A DNA stretch of 21,083 nucleotides, the filler included, from Parachlamydiales bacterium (lineage in GTDB: Bacteria > Chlamydiota > Chlamydiia > Chlamydiales > Parachlamydiaceae): the NCBI GenBank assembly GCA_020051075.1. It is 2 parts of 2 records of this genome, joined end to end, with 100 filler letters (N's around TTAATTAATTAA, not from the genome) between each part and the next. Parts side by side here need not be neighbours in the genome. Positions count along the whole stretch, not along the records: positions 13,761 to 21,083 come from JAGVJP010000006.1; 1 more part is not named here. One strand, given 5' to 3'. Of the stretch, positions 17,406 through 21,083 are shown one piece after another. How positions within the stretch are numbered: the stretch's first letter is position 1; each line of letters starts with the position of its first letter. The notes beneath the pieces are model-generated. The model was not told the DNA's origin. It was given only the letters and a program-made list of their open reading frames with translations, and searched no databases. A program made the translations under genes and the position numbers.

Positions 17406-18656
17406 ATGTTTTTACTCTTCCTTTGTCTATTGATCCCCTTCGCCACAATAGAACTTCCATTGAACGCTGTTCAAGCCAAAGTTCGGGTCGGAATCGATGT
17501 GTTGTTTACACAAAACTCCTGCCTGCTCAAAGGGAAGAAAATTGGACTGATCACCAACCACACCGCTATCGATTCTGAAGGGAACTCAACCTTAGAGCTG
17601 TTTAAGAAAAATGGGAAGGCTTACGGATATTTTCTCGACGCGATATTCGCCCCTGAACACGGCTTATTTGGCGTGCAGCATGCCGATAAAGCTGTCATCG
17701 ATATGATCGACCCAACCGGCATCCCTATCTACAGCCTGCATGGAGAAACCCGCCGCCCAACATCAAGCATGCTGCGGAACATCAACCTCCTGGTCTTCGA
17801 TATACAAGATGTTGGCTCTCGCTCTTATACCTACTGTTCCACCCTTTTTTATGCCATGGAAGAGGCAGCAAAAGCACGCATCCCTGTCATCGTTTTAGAT
17901 CGTCCTAACCCCATGGGCGGCCTCATGATCGATGGTCCAGTCCTTGAAGAGAGATGGCGTTCGTTCGTCGGTTATATCAATGTCCCTTATTGCCATGGGT
18001 TGACCATAGGTGAGCTGGCTCGATATTTTAATGAAGAATACCGCGTCGGCTGCCAGCTGACCGTCATCCCGATGCAGGGGTGGAAACGGTCGATGACGTT
18101 CGATGAGACGGGATTGACATGGATTCCCACCAGCCCGTATATTCCAGACGCAAAAACAGCATATTATTACCCCACAACAGGGATTCTAGGCGAACTTCAA
18201 CTCGTCAATATTGGCATTGGATACTCTCTTCCTTTCAAAACTGTGGGAGCTCCATGGATCAATGCAACGCAATTTGCCGACCAACTCAATGCACAGAAGC
18301 TTCCAGGGGTGAGGTTTCATCCTTTTCACTACTCCCCTTTCTATGGACGTTTTGCAAAAAAAGAATGCCATGGTGTGCTGATCGCAATCACAGATCCTCA
18401 AACGTATTTGCCGGTGACTACACAATATGTGTTAATCGGACTGCTCAAAAGCCTTTATCCCTCGCAATTTCAAGAGGCGTTATTATCCTCTGCAAGCCGG
18501 GAAGAGATGTTCAACAAAGTCAACGGGACGTCGGCTGTTTACGAGATGATAAAAAACGAGCCCTATGTTGCATGGAAGTTGCGCGCATTTGGCGAGACAG
18601 GGCGGCAAGACTATCTCAGAAGACGCCAGCCCTACCTCACTCCCTCATATCAGTAA
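17406..18656 (+). CDS. namZ: Exo-beta-N-acetylmuramidase NamZ family (DUF1343)
   Basis: GLITNHT, FAPEHG, YSLHG, FDIQDVGSRSYTY, LDRPNP, HGLTIGELA and WIPTSP motifs. ATG 17406 gives a signal-like N-terminus. Confidence 0.9.
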   Translation: MFLLFLCLLIPFATIELPLNAVQAKVRVGIDVLFTQNSCLLKGKKIGLITNHTAIDSEGNSTLELFKKNGKAYGYFLDAIFAPEHGLFGVQHADKAVIDMIDPTGIPIYSLHGETRRPTSSMLRNINLLVFDIQDVGSRSYTYCSTLFYAMEEAAKARIPVIVLDRPNPMGGLMIDGPVLEERWRSFVGYINVPYCHGLTIGELARYFNEEYRVGCQLTVIPMQGWKRSMTFDETGLTWIPTSPYIPDAKTAYYYPTTGILGELQLVNIGIGYSLPFKTVGAPWINATQFADQLNAQKLPGVRFHPFHYSPFYGRFAKKECHGVLIAITDPQTYLPVTTQYVLIGLLKSLYPSQFQEALLSSASREEMFNKVNGTSAVYEMIKNEPYVAWKLRAFGETGRQDYLRRRQPYLTPSYQ

Positions 18657-18694
18657 TTGACATCTGGACAATTTCAACTTGATGCCAGCATAAA

Positions 18695-18754
18695 CTAGCA
18701 ATCCGAACTCGAGTTTGCTAAACTCTTGACATAAATCTTTTTCGCTCCTACAAT
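18695..18754 (+). promoter_or_regulatory. CIRCE (HrcA operator) plus sigma70/sigma66 promoter of groESL
   Basis: CTAGCAATC-N9-GTTTGCTAA (18695-18721), then TTGACA (18726)-N17-TACAAT (18749). Confidence 0.88.
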
Positions 18755-18804
18755 TCCATCGGAATATTTCATTAAACTTACATCATTAACCCAGGAGCTA
18801 AATC

Positions 18805-19104
18805 ATGGCAAAGCCAAACAATAAAATTAAACCTTTAGGTGATCGTGTTGTTGTTGAAAAATGCAAGCCTCAAACTTCAAAAGGGGGAATCCTCTTGCCC
18901 GATTCTGCACAAGAAAAACCTCGTGAAGGAATCATTATTGCTGCGGGTCCTGGCGGCTTTAACGAAAATGGCCAAGTCGAACCTCTGTCAGTTAAAGTGG
19001 GTGATCGCATCTTATTTGGAGCCTACGCTGGAACAGAATTTAAGCAAGATGAAGAAGAGTATTTGATCTTGTCCGAGAAAGATATTCTTGGAATTATCGC
19101 ATAA
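18805..19104 (+). CDS. groES: Co-chaperonin GroES
   Basis: IKPLGDRVVV, GGILLPDSAQEKP and VKVGD motifs; AGGAG RBS. Confidence 0.97.
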   Translation: MAKPNNKIKPLGDRVVVEKCKPQTSKGGILLPDSAQEKPREGIIIAAGPGGFNENGQVEPLSVKVGDRILFGAYAGTEFKQDEEEYLILSEKDILGIIA

Positions 19105-19137
19105 TTTGATCACATAACCTCTCGGAAATAAGGATGA

Positions 19138-20826
<1,689 letters not shown>

Positions 20827-20880
20827 TCGAACTGATTGCATTCTTCCCCCCCTTTATTTATTGTACCCATGCTCTCTTGC

Positions 20881-21073
20881 AGCCCTTCAGGCTGCGATAT
20901 GAACGCTGAACCTACCCAGGGCGTTGCCCTGGGCTGTTGCAGTTTTGAGCCCTTCGGGCTATAGCAACAAACAGTCCGAAGGACTGAAACTGCAACAGCC
21001 CAGGGCAACGCCCTTACCATTTCCCATTTTTTCAGCGCGAAGCGTTTGGAGTGCGGAAGTCCTCTTCCGCTTT
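20881..21073. repeat. Cluster of REP-like palindromes (REPIN-like inverted pair)
   Basis: Perfect 28-bp IR AGGGCGTTGCCCTGGGCTGTTGCAGTTT (20918-20945 / 20987-21014). It encloses hairpins AGCCCTTCGGGCT and CAGTCCGAAGGACTG. Further hairpins at 20881-20893 and GCGGAAG-TCCT-CTTCCGC near 21052-21070. Confidence 0.8.
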
Positions 21074-21083
21074 ATCGACGAAC

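Overview
AT-rich bacterial window that looks like an environmental Chlamydiae genome (inferred from the GroEL type, the CIRCE promoter and Inc-like proteins). An artificial 100-nt linker (N44-TTAATTAATTAA-N44, 13661-13760) splits it, so the two halves need not be adjacent. The left part is a decaying accessory island. It holds a beta-CASP nuclease / AMP-phosphorylase-like / PRPP-synthetase operon and an ldhA interrupted by a 312-bp non-autonomous IS605-type element. It also holds fasciclin-copA, a complete divergent tnpA/tnpB IS605-group element (8441-10070), a CsoR-controlled cluster with two signal-peptide-bearing Cys-rich metallothionein-like proteins, and several gene relics. The right part holds a 169-bp inverted-repeat element, two tandem Inc-like paralogs, namZ, CIRCE-controlled groES-groEL and REP-like palindromes. 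The best leads are (1) the mini IS605 element, which keeps both ends and the omega-RNA end but carries a boxA-led structured non-coding cargo absent from the full IS, and (2) the putative exported metallothioneins under CsoR.
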